This document shows, piece by piece, positions 40,211 to 53,213 of a stretch of DNA of 64,000 nucleotides. The position numbers and the translations under genes are program-made. Below the pieces are notes generated by a model that was not told the DNA's origin, did not search any database, and saw only the letters and a program-made list of their open reading frames with translations. Location: NCBI RefSeq assembly GCF_009914755.1, contig NC_060944.1; one strand, 5' to 3'. This DNA comes from the human T2T-CHM13v2.0 reference genome, Homo sapiens. Position 1 is the first letter of the stretch. Each line of letters starts with the position of its first letter.

Positions 40211-42047
40211 AAGGATTTTAAATGTCAGTACAATTGATAGCTAATTCTGATGCTAGAACAATGTTATCAAGATGTTTTCACATATATCTATGTTTAAATA
40301 TAAACTATTATTTTCATGTTTATAATGAATGTGATGCATTTTTCCAGTCAAAAGACATGGTCCGCAATGCAAAGTCAGGGCCCACATCTTGGTGTTATGC
40401 ACAGAAACACAGAGATTAGCACTGTAACTTCCACTTACAGAATATCCAATAGTTGCTTGTTAAGGCCGTGTAGTTTTAGGGAACATTGTTAAGGACATGA
40501 AAGATTTTTTTAATCACTGTGACTGATTCCCCAGTTGAGAACAGGAAATTACATAAAATATGGAGAAGTTTTCCTTCTTCCCACTTCAGCTACCAGATGG
40601 CAGAAGAGAAGCAGATAGTCTTTAGGGAATGTTAGCAGCCCCAGAGAAAAAAAACCAAAGACACTGTCAATGGAAGTTACCCAAGACACAGCCATAATAT
40701 CCACCAGCTTCCCCTCCACATTGGTTGAGCATCGCCATCTTGCTGGAAGGCTGAATGGCTTCCCAAGGCTCTAGATAAATCTCCAAGACAGAGAGCTGAA
40801 AAATAGAAATTTCTCCAGATGCAATGCTGCCAGCAAGGGGGCTGAGCTCACACAAACTATCCACAGCAGCTGCAGCTGAAATCAGGTGAGCCAAGAGATT
40901 GTGATTGGGAAACCAAAAGTGTCCACAGGCTGCTTTCAGGAGGAGACTTCTGCCAATACTTCACTGCTCCCTGCCCACCTCTACTCATTTGCTCCCCCAT
41001 CTCCCAAAAAGGAGGAAGATTCATTGATCCAATTGGGGAAATAGTGATCTTTATTGGTTCCTGTTTCACTAGTGGGCTAAGTTGCCGCATCTCAAAAGCA
41101 GATACCTCATCAATATTTTGTCTCTTTAACCACTCAAACTCAGGCACAGCTGGCCCTCTTACCTACTTTTTCACTTCGTAGATTTCTGACTGCATGTGGC
41201 AGGGACACTTGGCAAGGTCTACCTGAAGAGACTTTCCAAACTTTCTCTCTGTTCTGCCAAAGTGTAAGGTTAACCAGGTAGATCTGTACCACAGACAAAG
41301 ATGTCTTTAATTTAGTGGGAGGGAGCAGAATCTGAGATCTTTGGTTTTAATGGGCGGACAAAGGACAAAGGAGGGTGACAGGTCACCAGAATAAGACCTA
41401 TTCAAAGAGCAGGTGTTTAACTTAACAGATGTGGAACAGGAAATACGTTTGTTTAGTTGTTTTTGCTTTTTTTAAGTTCAAAGGATACGGAAATAATGAC
41501 AAAGAAACAAGGGACTATTAATATTTATCAAGCAGATTTGAAAAACAATCACACAGATGTTTTAAAGGTGAAAAATATAACAGGTAAGTGAGAAATCCAG
41601 TGGATTAAATAGTAGATTAGACACTGCTGAAGGATAAGATAGATATCAAGAAATTATCAAAAGATCAACCCATAGAGCAAACAATGGAAATTACGAGAGA
41701 GAAGTTAACAGATGTGGATGGTAGAGTGAAAAGTTCCAGCATATATCTATTCAGTGTCAGAAGGAGAAAAGCAAGTGAATGGAGGAGTGGTAATATATGG
41801 GAGATAATGGCTATCATTTTCCAGAATTGGGTAAGTTTCATAAAGTGCAATAAAATGTTAGCAGCATAAATAAAGAGAAATCTGCACCTAAACATAATTT
41901 AGTAACCAAAAAAGAGAAGGTCTTAAAAGCAGCTGGGGAGAAAAGATATATTGCATAAAAAGTAGTAAAACTTAGACTGATAGCTTATTTCTTCTAAAAA
42001 CAATGGAAGACAGAAACAAGTGGAATGATATGTTCAAAGAGAAAATA

Positions 42048-44793
42048 CAGGCACACCTTGGATATATTGCATGTCAACTTCCAGACCACTTCAATAAAGC
42101 AAGTCGTACACATTTTTTGGTTTCTTAGTGTATATAAAAGTTATTCTGAGTTATTCACTTAATAGACTACACTATTTTATAGTCTATTAAGTATGTAATA
42201 GCATTATGTCTAAAAATATGTATATACCTTAATTTAAAAAAAATGCTTGATTGCTAAAAATTGCTAATAATCATCTAAGTCTTCAGCAAGTTGTAATATT
42301 CTTGCTAGTGGAAGTTCTCACTTCAATGTTGATGGCTGCAAACTGATCAGGGCAGTGGTTGCTGAAGGTTGGAGTGGCTGTGGCAATTGAAAAAAATAAG
42401 ACAACAATTAAGTTTGCCACATTGATGGACTCTTTCTTTTGTGAAAGATATCTCTGTAGCATTTGGTGCTTTTTGATAGTGTTTTACCCATAGCAGAACT
42501 TCTTTGGAAATTGGGGTCAATCCTCTCAAACCTGCCGCTGCTTTATCAACTAACCTTATGAAATATTCTAAATCTTTTATTGTGATTTCAACAACGTTCA
42601 CAGCATCTTCACCAGGAGCAGATTCCATCTTAAGAAGCCACTTTATTTGCTCATCCAGAAGAAGCAACTCCTCATCCGTTCATGTTTTCTCATGAGATTG
42701 CAGCAATTCAGTCACATCTTCAAGATCCACTTCTAATCCTAGTTCTCTTGCTATTTCTACGACATCTGCATTGACTTCCTCCACTAAAACCTTGAATCCC
42801 TCAAAATCATTCATGAGGGTTGAAAGTAACTCCTTCCAAACTCTTGTTAATGTTGATATTTTCACCTCCTTCCATGAATCGTGACTGTTCTTAATGGCAT
42901 CCAGAATGGTAAATTCTTTCCAGAAGGTTTTCAATTTACTTTGCCCATATCCATCAGAAGTATCACTATTTATAACAGTTATAGCCTCATGAAATGTATT
43001 TCTTAAATAACAAGACATGAAAGTCGAAATGACTCCTTGATCCATGGGCTACAAAATGCATACTGTGTTAACAGGCATGAAAACAACATTACTCTCCTTA
43101 CACATCTCCATCAGAGCTCTTGCGTGACTAGGCACATTGTGAAAGAAATCCTTTTTTCTGAGAAGTAATACTCAACAGTGGACTTAAAATGTTTAGTAAA
43201 CCACACTGAAAACAGATTTGCCATCATCCAGGCTTTGTTTTTTTTAGTTCACAGAGCACAGGCAGAGTAGATTAAGTATAACTCTTAAGGGCCCTAGGAT
43301 TTTCAGAATGGTCAATTAGCATTGGCTTCAACTTAAAGTCGCCAGCTGCATTCGCCTCTAACAAGAGTCAGCCTGTCTTTTGAGGCTCTGAAGTCAGGCC
43401 TTGACTTCTCTCTAGCTGTGAAAGTCCTAGATGGCTTTCATCCAATACAAGGATGTTTTGTCTACATTGAAAGCCTGTCGGCCCAACATAGTGGCTTGTG
43501 TCTGTAATAGCACTTTGGGAGGCTGAGGCAGGAGGATTGCTTGAGACGAGGCCTCATCTCTACCAAACAATTTTTTTGTTGTTGTTTGAAATTAGCTGGG
43601 TGCAATGGCACACCGGTAGTGCTAGCTACTTAGGGAGGCTGGGGTGGGAGGATTCCTTGGCCCCAGGAGTTCAAGGCTACTGTGAGCTATGATTGTGTCA
43701 CTTCACTCCAGCCTGGGTGACTGAGCAAGACCCTATCTCTAAAAAGAGAGGAGACGAGAGGCGAGGCGAGGAGAGGAGAGGAAAGGAAAGGAAAAGAGAA
43801 GGAAGGAAGGAAGAAAGGAAGGAGAAAGGAAGGAAAGGAAGAAAGGAAAAAAGAAAAGAAAAGAAAATTCTTATGGATAACTTGCAGCAGCCTCCCTCTC
43901 CATCAGCATTTGCTTGCTTCACCTTGCACTTTTATGTTATGGAGATGGTTTCTTTCCTTAAACCTCAGGAACCAAACTCTGCCAGTTTCAAATTTTTCTT
44001 CTGTAGCTTCATCACCTCTTTTGGTCTTCCTAGAATTGAAGAAAATCAGAGACTTGCTCTGGATTAGGCTTTGGCTCAAGAGAATGTTGTAGCTGATTTG
44101 GTCTTCTATCCAGACCACTCAAAGTTTCTCCACATCAGCAATAATGCTGCTCTTTTGCTTTCTTCTCATTTGTGTGTTCACTGGATTAGCAGTTTTAATT
44201 TCCTTCAAGAACTTTTCCTTTACCCTTACAATTTGGCTGTTTGGTGCAAGAGGCCTAGTTTTAGGCCTATCTTTGCTTTCAACATGCATTTCTCACTAAG
44301 CCTAATCATTTCTAGCTTTTGGTTTAATGTAAGGGTTATGCAGCTCTTCCTTTCAGCTGAACACTTAGAGACCATTGTAGGATCATTAATTGGCCTATTT
44401 TCAGTATTGTTGTGCCTTGGGGAATAGAGAGGCCCTGGGGAGAGGGAGCGAGATGAGGGAATGGCTGGTCTGTGGAGCAGTTAGAATACACACATTTATC
44501 AATTAACTTCACTGTCTTTTATGGGCATGGGTCTTGGTGCCCCCAAATGATTCCAATGGTAACATCAAAGATTGCTGATCACAGATAACCATAACAAATG
44601 TGATAATTTTAAAATTTGAAATATTGCGAGGATTACCGAATGTGACACAGAGATATGAAGTGATCGCATGCTGTTGGAAAAATAGCACTGACGCATTTGC
44701 TTGACCAGGGTTGCCACAAATCTACAATTTGTAAAAAAACACAATATCTGCAAAGCTCAATAAAATGAAGTGAAATAAAATGATGTATGTCTA
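42048..44793 (-). mobile_element. Near full-length Tigger1 (pogo-like) DNA transposon, decayed transposase
   Basis: Terminal repeats CAGGCACACCTTG and AATAAAATGATGTATGTCTA, each flanked by TA; transposase fragments [29 protein letters not shown] and [19 protein letters not shown]. Confidence 0.95.
43480..43867 (+). mobile_element. AluJ with left-arm deletion and expanded GA-rich tail, inside Tigger1
   Basis: GCACTTTGGGAGGCTGAGGCAGGAGGATTGCTTGAG; GA-rich tail at 43741-43867. Confidence 0.9.
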
Positions 44794-45081
44794 TATTTTT
44801 CAAGCCCGAATTCTATACTCAGTAAAAATATCTTTTGAGAGCAAATGTTAAATATAGACATTTTCAGACAAATAAAAACTGAGAAAGCATAAACTGGGTG
44901 GTGTTTGTTTAAATAATATAGGAGAGAGCTATATAGTGAAACTGAAATAACCCTATTAATTATATAAACATATATATTATATGCACTCTTATGTCATACT
45001 TTGTGAGAGGGAAAAAATAGTGAATCAGTTTACTGGCAACAATTTTATTCTAAAAGGTCATCTAAGGAATGTGTTTAGGCA

Positions 45082-46002
45082 GCAAGAATGCCCACTTTCC
45101 CCACTGTTATTCAACATAGTACAAGAAGACCTAGCTACAGCAATCAGACAAGAGAAAGAAGTAAAGGACATTCACATTGGAAAGGAAGAAGTCCAATTAT
45201 CTTTGTTTGCAGATGATATGATCTTATATTTGGAAAAACCCAAAGACTCTACCAAAAAACTATGAGAATTGAAAAACAAATTCAGTAAAGTTGCAGGATC
45301 AAAAATCAATATCCAAAATCGGAAGCATTTCTATATGCCAACAGTGAACAATCTGAAAAAGAAATCAAGAAAGTAATCTCATTTATAATAGCACAAATAA
45401 AATTAAATTGAAATTTTAAAAATGGAAAGATATTCTGTGTTCATGAATTAGAAGAATCAGTATAGTTAATATGTCCATACCACCCAAAGCAATCTACAGA
45501 TTCAATGCAATCCCTGTCAAAATACCAATGATATTCTTTGCAGAAACAGAAAAAATAATTCTAAAATTTATATGGAACCACAAAAGACCCAGGATAGCAA
45601 AAGCTATCCTGAGCAAAAAAATAAAGCTGGAAAAATCACATTACCTGTCTTTAAATATACTACAGAGTTATAATAACCAAAACAGCATGATACTGGCATA
45701 CAAACAGATACACAGAACAATGGAACATAATATAGAACCTAGAAAAAAATCCACACACCTGCAGTGGACTCATTTTCAACAAAGGTACCGAGAACATATA
45801 CACTGGGGAAAAGACAGTCTCTTCAATAAATGGTACTAAGAAAACTGGATATTCATATGCAGAAGAATGAAACTAGACCCCTATCTCTCACCATATACAA
45901 AAATAAAATCAAAATAGATTAAAGACTTAAATCTAAGACCTGAAACTATGATACTATTACAAGAAAACACTGGAGAAACTCAGAATATTGGTCTGGGCAA
46001 AA
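45082..46002 (+). mobile_element. L1 (L1PB/L1MA) ORF2 fragment covering the RT region, disrupted
   Basis: [33 protein letters not shown] and [32 protein letters not shown]; stops and frameshifts. Confidence 0.93.
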
Positions 46003-46451
46003 AAGTGATTCCAGAAACATAGATATGAGATGCAAGAAGGGATTTTGAGCAAGAAAAATGGATGAAATATGCAAAGGGCCAAGCAAATATTCACAGTGTA
46101 AACAGTAGAAAAATACAAAATTCAAGATAGAGCAACAAAATATATAACTTGGGGAATAAGTCAACTTAAAGTAGTTTCAAATATTTTATTATTGTGCAGG
46201 AGCAGATAAACACATTGATACTCATTTTGAACTCTTCAGCTAAATAGTGATATTAATATTTCCAGGATATTTGCTTAAAAAATGGAATTTTCTAAAGAAT
46301 AGACACTATTAGTAGAGAGAAAAAGTTAGAATGAGGTGAAAATTCATTAAAAACAAAGTAGGAAAAGAAAACAAAAAATGTTTTTTAAAATAGGTCAAAT
46401 AGAAAGTGAGAACTAAAATAGCAGAAATTAATTGAGATACACCAGTAATCA

Positions 46452-46623
46452 AAATAAATATAAATGAAGTCTCTAGATAACAAATAAATAAATAAATATA
46501 AATGAAGTCTCTAGATAACAAATAAATAAATATAAATGAAGTCTCTAGATAATAAAAAATAAATAAATATAAATGAAGTCTCTAGATAACAAATAAATAA
46601 GTATAAATGAAGTTTCTAGATAA
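46452..46623 (+). repeat. AT-rich minisatellite, 5 copies, period 34-38 bp
   Basis: Core ATAAATGAAGTCTCTAGATAA at 46460, 46498, 46532, 46569 and 46603. Confidence 0.95.
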
Positions 46624-47129
46624 AAAAGATTGTTAGGCTAAACTTATTTTAAAATACTACAAATTTTTTCAATCAAATATTCAAATTGGTCACATCTGAG
46701 TTTGCCTTTATACAAATAAAAGAAATATGGAATCAGCAATCTTAGATGGAAAACAGTGGTAGAGCCAGATCTTGCAAATTATTTAATTTGTTTTTTCTTT
46801 TGAGAAATTGAGTAAATTTGAAGCTAGAAAGCCCATTTGAAACAATTTTTTCAATCTCAATGTTTTTGTTCTATGTAGTGTAGCTTCTGTGAAACTCAGA
46901 TGTTAAAATAGCTCCAAGTTGACTGGCTTGAGATAAACATGTTACTGGGGCTCCTACTGACCCAAGGCCCCCCTACAAGTGGTCCCCCGTCTCTTCATTC
47001 CACACAAATAGTCATTTACCCAGTGAGTGTGTGTAGTAAATAATCTTAATATTATTAATTGTTTGGCCTCATTCCTGAGATGCCTGGGTTACCCACACTC
47101 TGTTGGCTTATTGGACTGACATTTTCTTT

Positions 47130-47400
<271 letters not shown>

Positions 47401-49681
47401 AATTTGAACTGACATTCTCTTAACGAAAATACCACAATGAGGTTTGTGGCCATGTCAGAGCAGAAGCTTAGATGTGACAATAAGAAGTAAACAGTCTACT
47501 TCCCCTCACCCTCCACTCTACCCCCATGACTATCCTGCATCTAGCCACATCCCCTAATATGTATGTGGCTCAGGGTGACCAGGAAGAAAATAATTCCAGA
47601 CTAAAACTTCATAAATGAGACATATGCAAATATTTGAGAGTCTTTTAGAGGGGAAGAAGGGAGACCATTGGTGCGGAGGGCAACAGTTCTGCAGAAATTG
47701 ACCTAAATTGGGCTAAACCTGGCCTTGCTGAGGGATCCTATGCCTGGTAACTTGATCTTTAATCCTTTCAGGCTAATAACCTTAAATACCTCAAAATGAG
47801 CTGAGGTTATTTTGTTCCAGGTACTATACCTGCTAAATAGTCTCCAGAAAAGACAGGTGGGATGGTGAAGTGCGGAATGCAGGAGTGTATAAAAATGCTT
47901 TGTGGAAGAGGAAGGGTAGACTTCTCACTGCTGCTACAATCCTCTCTTTTTGGGGATCAGTGTAGCAGCTGATTATCCCGGTAGCTATTTGGAGAATTTA
48001 GAATTCTGCCCTTCAGGTTAGGAGCATGCTTCAGGGCTCTCCTGCCTTGCATCACTATCTTCATGAATTTCCATATTATTTGCCTTTAAAGAAATGTTTC
48101 ATCTTCTAACTGAGCTTCTTGGCTGTCCATTAATTATACCACCATTCCATCATGATACCAAATAGGGATCTTGAGATGAAGGTTTCCTGAATTGAGGAAG
48201 AATCTGAGACCATAGCCTACACTCAACAGAGCCTGCATATTGAAAATGGCAGTGGGTCTGAGTTTAGTGGTTATGCCTGCAGATTCTGTGAGAGGGAAAT
48301 TTGGAAAAATAGGAGTTTCCCTGTGCTTGTTTCCTCATCCATAAAATGGGCATCATAATCTCTTACTACCAGACTAAACATATTAATTCACTATAAAGCA
48401 TGATAACCAGTAAGAATTCATTATAGTGTTCCCTAATAATAGTTACTTTTATTATTGTGATGTCATAATTATTGTTATTATTATCACATTAATGTGTACT
48501 TGAACCAATGTCCCCAGGTCATTCCTATATACACACGGAAGGAAAGGGTTATATGATAAAACAGAAAGAGCTATATTAATTGATGCCCAAACATCTCTGC
48601 TGCAGAACTTATTTTCAGAAGATATGAAGTTTAGAGGGAGAAAGTTTTTCTTGACTGGCCAAACAGAGATACAAACATTGGAGATTTAGGGGCACGTGGA
48701 ATAAGGAAAGACCAAAGCCCCCAAGGAGAAGAAATAATTAGAGGTCAAGGGCAGATCAGCATCATCTCAGTGGCTCAAGCTGAGCACTGATTAAATTAAT
48801 TGGAGTTAGGGTTAAGGTAGCAAGCTCTGGCAAAGCTGGCAATGTCACTTTGAGCAGAAAATCAGAGTATCAGCCAATGGCACACATGTTATATAAAGCC
48901 ATCCTTGTCTCGTTTGGAAATTCCCATAGAGAGTGAGCTGCTGGTCTAGCAGACTATTGAAGTCCTGTTACCTAATAAGTGGGAATACTTAGATGGAATA
49001 CGTATTTTATAAATAGATTCCTGATTACATTAAAGAATAGAAAATAATTTTCTGGCCAGTACTGATAAGAGCCCCTTCATTCTCCATTGCAATTATCAGG
49101 ATAAACCAGAGTGTTTTGTTCATTATGATCAAGGCATGAGCTGCAAATATTGCACTTAAAAAGCATTTGCTCTTATCTCAAAAAGAGCAAGTGGTCTGTC
49201 GCTATTCTTACTAGCTCCCAATTTGTAGAAGGTCAGGTTCATAGACTCCCCAGGGATACATTTGAGATATTTTGTGCGTTCTGGATGATATTGTTAACTG
49301 GATGACTGAGTTCACTGTAATAGCTCTGACTTTTATTGTTGGGGACTGAAAACTTCAGGCTTCTTTGCTGCAGCTACTTCAAATCCTCATCTTTTCTGAT
49401 AATTTAATAGAAGTTGTGAGGGAAGGCAAAGCATGGAATGGTTAGCCAAGTGGGAGTCCTATTGAGGTTTTTAATGGTCTCAGGCAATTGGAACCATCTC
49501 TGGTCCCAGAGGAGGCTCCTTCCCCTGTAGTAGTGATTACTTACTCCTTAGAAATACTTAATGCCCTGGGGTTAAAGGTTTTGAAAACTACTGCAAAGGT
49601 CACTTTAGCCACAGTGCTTCTACAGGGCAATGAGACTAACCTGGTTATGCATCATACTTAATCGAGGCAGTATATGCATGA

Positions 49682-49866
49682 GCAGTTTCTCAAAATATCA
49701 TCCCCAGTCAGCAGGAGCTACATCACCTGAGTGCTTGTCAGAAATGCACATTCTTGGGCTTTACCCCAGACCTACTCAATCAGAATCTCTGAAGATGGGG
49801 TCCAGCAGTCTGTTTTTAAAAGAACTCCAGAAAATTCTGATGCACACTAAAGTTTGAAGAAATCTG
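49682..49866. mobile_element. MER5A MITE
   Basis: AGAAATGCACATTCTTGGGC..CCCCAGACCTACTCAATCAGAATCTCTG..TTCTGATGCACACTAAAGTTTGA. Confidence 0.85.
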
Positions 49867-50179
49867 GTTTACAGAGACCAACAAGTCTTGACTGTTTTAT
49901 CAGAACTGACCTGACAAGTCAGCTAGACCAAAATCATGTTGGCATATCAAAAAGTCCTGAACTATGGAAAAATTTACCAACTGTAAAGTAAGTTTCTCAA
50001 AGGGCCTAACTCTCTTCTATAAACTGGTGTCCCAGGCTAGAGGAAGCACTCTAGGCCATTAGCAAAAATAAATAAATAAAAAATAATACACCAACTCCAA
50101 CATTCAGGAATTCTGATGCAATTGGTGTAGTGTGCTGCCTAAGCCTCAAGCATTATCCCCAGTTGATTTCAATATGCCA

Positions 50180-51090
50180 CTGTGGTTGGCTGATTGCCAA
50201 AACTGACCACACGTTATACCCCTTCTAGCATCCATATTCTTTGCAAGGTGCGTTTGTCATTTCTCCTGTTAAGAGAAATCTGTTTTTCCACTCTCTTGAA
50301 GGTAATGTTGGCCACATGACTTGCTTTAGCCAATGGGACAGTAGCAAACATAATATAAGCAGAAACATGGTGCTATATGTTGGATGTTTGCCCCCTCCAA
50401 ATCTCATGTTGAAATTTGATCCTGAATGTTGGAGGTGGAGCCCAGTGGGAGGTATTTGGGTCATGGGAGCAGATTCCTCATGAATAGATTAATGCCCTCC
50501 CTGGGGGAGGGGATGAGTGAGTTCTCACTCTATTAGTTCCCAAGTTGGTTGTTAAAAAGAGCTTGGTACCTCCCTTCTCTCTGGCTTTCCTTCTTGCCAT
50601 GTGATTTTCACACATGCTGGCTCTGCTTTGCCTTCCACCATGAGTGAAAGTTTCCTGAGGCCCTCACCAGAAGTAAATGCTGGTGCCATGCTCCTTGTAT
50701 AGCCTGCAGAACTCTGAGTCAAATAACCCTCTTTTTAAAATAAATTTCCCAGCCTCAGATATTTCTTTATAGCAACACTAAATTGACTAAAACACTTGGA
50801 AGGTACTTATACATTGGAGCTTGCTCATTTATTGCTTTTGGAGCCTGAAACTGCTATATGAAAAGCTTGGAGGTTGAGAGACTATGCAGAAAAGACCCCA
50901 GTTAGCCCATCTGTCACAACTCCAAACATCACAAATGCAGACAGCTCCAACTCACTTGCCGACAACAAATGCATGAGCAAGCCCAACCAAGATAAGCCAA
51001 ATGTGAAACAAGAACTGAACCACCATATTATGAGCTAAATAAATAGTGGTTGTTTTAAGCCACTAAATTTGGGGGATGTCATTAAGCAAT
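50180..51090 (+). mobile_element. MLT1F/G/H-like LTR split by an MSTB LTR
   Basis: TGGCCACATGACTTGCTTTAGCCAATGGGAC; resumes at 50796; GTTGTTTTAAGCCACTAAATTTGGGG. Confidence 0.7.
50371..50794 (+). mobile_element. MSTB solo LTR
   Basis: TGCTATATGTTGGATGTTTGCCCCCTCCAAATCTCATGTTGAAAT ... GACTAAAACA; TSD CATGG/CTTGG. Confidence 0.9.
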
Positions 51091-51878
51091 CATGGACAGG
51101 TGGAAGTTAATGTTTGCTGTCAATGAATGGTAAAAGGAGCTGAAAGGAGAATCATCAAGTCAAGGTCGTTCCAAACACCCCTCTCTTTAGGATTGCTTGG
51201 TTCAGCCCACGAGGCCACTCTGAGCCTTCACATCCCCTCCTTTCAGGCAAGAATACCCGATAACCAGTAGATTCCATGAATCTCCTGATTCACTCAGCCA
51301 TCACTAACGGCAAAAGGAGAACTGGATCATAAAAGCCTAAAGAATTTGGAGAGCTTCAAGGAAGATATAACACAGATTTGAGTCCAAAATATATTTTTAC
51401 AGGAGAATACTGAATGGAATATTTATTGTTAAGCATCTGAGACAGCTTTGTTTCTGGATTATCCCCAGCAGGGATTACAGAAAGCTTATGAGATTTGTAT
51501 ATTAAATCATCACAAAAATTTTTTCAGTATGTATAAGGAGATGTATTTCTTAATAGAAGGGAAACCAGTAGGAAATAATAATTAAACATGATCCTTCACT
51601 CATGATGTATGGTGGTTCCAATATCCTTCTGCCACTCAAGGTACGATAAGGAGGATGATATTTTCACTAGGGGGTAGGTTTGATTTGACTCACCTCTTGT
51701 CCTTGGTTATGTCTCATCTCTCCATCCTCATTGGGCTTTAGTCCCTCCCCTCTTCTAACTCTATTATCTTATTGCTATCTTTTCTAGCCGGGCCTCTATC
51801 TAGTTCCCTTAACCCTTTACCTAACCTATTCCTTCTTTTACAATGTTTTAAATTTTTATTATCTTAAAAGACAGGGTC

Positions 51879-52161
51879 AGCTGGGCATGGTCGCTCACGC
51901 CTGTAATCCCAGCACTTTGGGATGCCGAGGCGGGCAGATCATTTGAGGTCTGGAGTTCTAGACCAGCCAGGCCAACATGGTGAAACCCCATCTCTACTAA
52001 AAATACAAAAATTAGCCAGGCATAGTGGTGGGTGCCTGTAATCCCAGCTACTCGGGAGCTGAGGCAGGAGAATCGCTTAAACCTGGGAGGCAGAGGTTGC
52101 AATGAGCTGCACTCCAGCCTGAGTGACAGAGCGAGACTCTGTATCAAATAAATAAATAAAT
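51879..52161 (+). mobile_element. Alu (AluS) inserted into the 3' end of an antisense AluJ
   Basis: Perfect TSD AAAAGACAGGGTC at 51866-51878 and 52162-52174. Confidence 0.96.
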
Positions 52162-52442
52162 AAAAGACAGGGTCCTGATCTATCACTCAGGCTGGAGTGC
52201 AGTAGCATGATTATTATAGCTCACTGCAACCTCAAATTCCTGGCCTCAAGGGGTCCTCCTGCCTCAGCTTTCCTAGTAGCTAAAACTACAGGGACATGCC
52301 ACCACACCCAGCTAACTTTTAAAAATTTTTTGTAGAGACTGGGTCTTGCTATGTTGCCCAGGCTGGTCTCAAACTCCTGGCCTCAAGCAATCCTCCTGCT
52401 TTGGCCTCCCAAAATTACAGACATGAGCCACTGCACCCAGCT
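52162..52442 (-). mobile_element. AluJ (tail remnant at 51846-51878)
   Basis: GACAGGGTC..ATAGCTCACTGCAACCTCAAATTCCTGG..TTGCTATGTTGCCCAGGCTGG. Confidence 0.93.
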
Positions 52443-52644
52443 CTAATTTACTCCTTCTTATTTCCAGATTTTATCTTGAATTTAACTCTTCCAAAAGGCC
52501 CAGTCTAGACTAAGTTACTGGTCTGTTTTCCATATTCATTCTTCCTGTATGTACTTTTATCATAACGCTGTCACCTATATTGAGGTGACTGTAGACATTG
52601 GGTAGCTTCAGAGTAGAATCAATATCTTATCCATTGTTGCATGT

Positions 52645-53100
52645 TTTCTATTAGAAAAATTTTTGTCTACACGTGACAAAAACCTGGCTAACACAGCCTT
52701 AACAAAGAAGGTTTATTCTCTGCCTGCTCAAAGTAAAAAGCAATCTGGAGGTAGGCAGTTGGTGGCTGTGATTCATACAGTTTAAATTGCAAATAGGAAT
52801 TCTAGCCCTTTCTGCCTTGCTGCTTCAACATCCTGAGGTCATGACTGATTTTATTTCATCTTTATTATTATTAATAAACTCGTAGGTACAAGATGGCTAC
52901 TATGCTTCTGGGTACTATGCTTACAATTAAGTCAGGAAATGGAAACACCAGCCAGGTTTACCCGTTTTTTCATGAAAGCAAAAGTTATTCCGGAAGTTGC
53001 ACAGCAGAGGTCTGTTTAGGTTTCATAATTTAAAATGTGTCTTATGGACTTCCATTACCACAAGAGAGTCTAGAGTAGCAAGTAAAAGCAGAATATTTAT
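52645..53100 (-). mobile_element. MLT1K-like old LTR
   Basis: CTGGAGGTAGGCAGTT..CAAGATGGCTAC..GTGTCTTATGGACTTCC. Confidence 0.5.
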
Positions 53101-53112
53101 GTGTGCTGCGTG

Positions 53113-53163
53113 TGTTACAGTAAGTAGCTAGTCAGACATGAGCAGAGCAGGAGAGGGCTCCCT

Positions 53164-53213
<50 letters not shown>

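Larger units (their letters stand above)
41490..44886 (+). mobile_element. Ancient L1M ORF1 remnant, split by Tigger1
   Basis: ..AACAAGTGGAATGATATGTTCAAAG | CAAGCCCGAATTCTATACTCAGTAAAAATATCTTT..ACATTTTCAGACAAATAAAAACTGAGA resembles the ORF1 C-terminal QPRILYPAKLSF...TFSDKQKLRE region. Confidence 0.6.

Noticed and set aside
42347-44118. TIGD1-like transposase gene
   Set aside because: Broken by stops, frameshifts and an Alu, and flanked by terminal repeats, so it is a dead Tigger1 copy
44981-45839. Reverse transcriptase ORF with an FADD motif
   Set aside because: Fragmented old L1 ORF2; not an active or novel RT system
46452-46623. CRISPR-like repeat-spacer array
   Set aside because: The spacers are just AAAT runs rather than unique sequence, there are no cas genes, and the context is a primate genome
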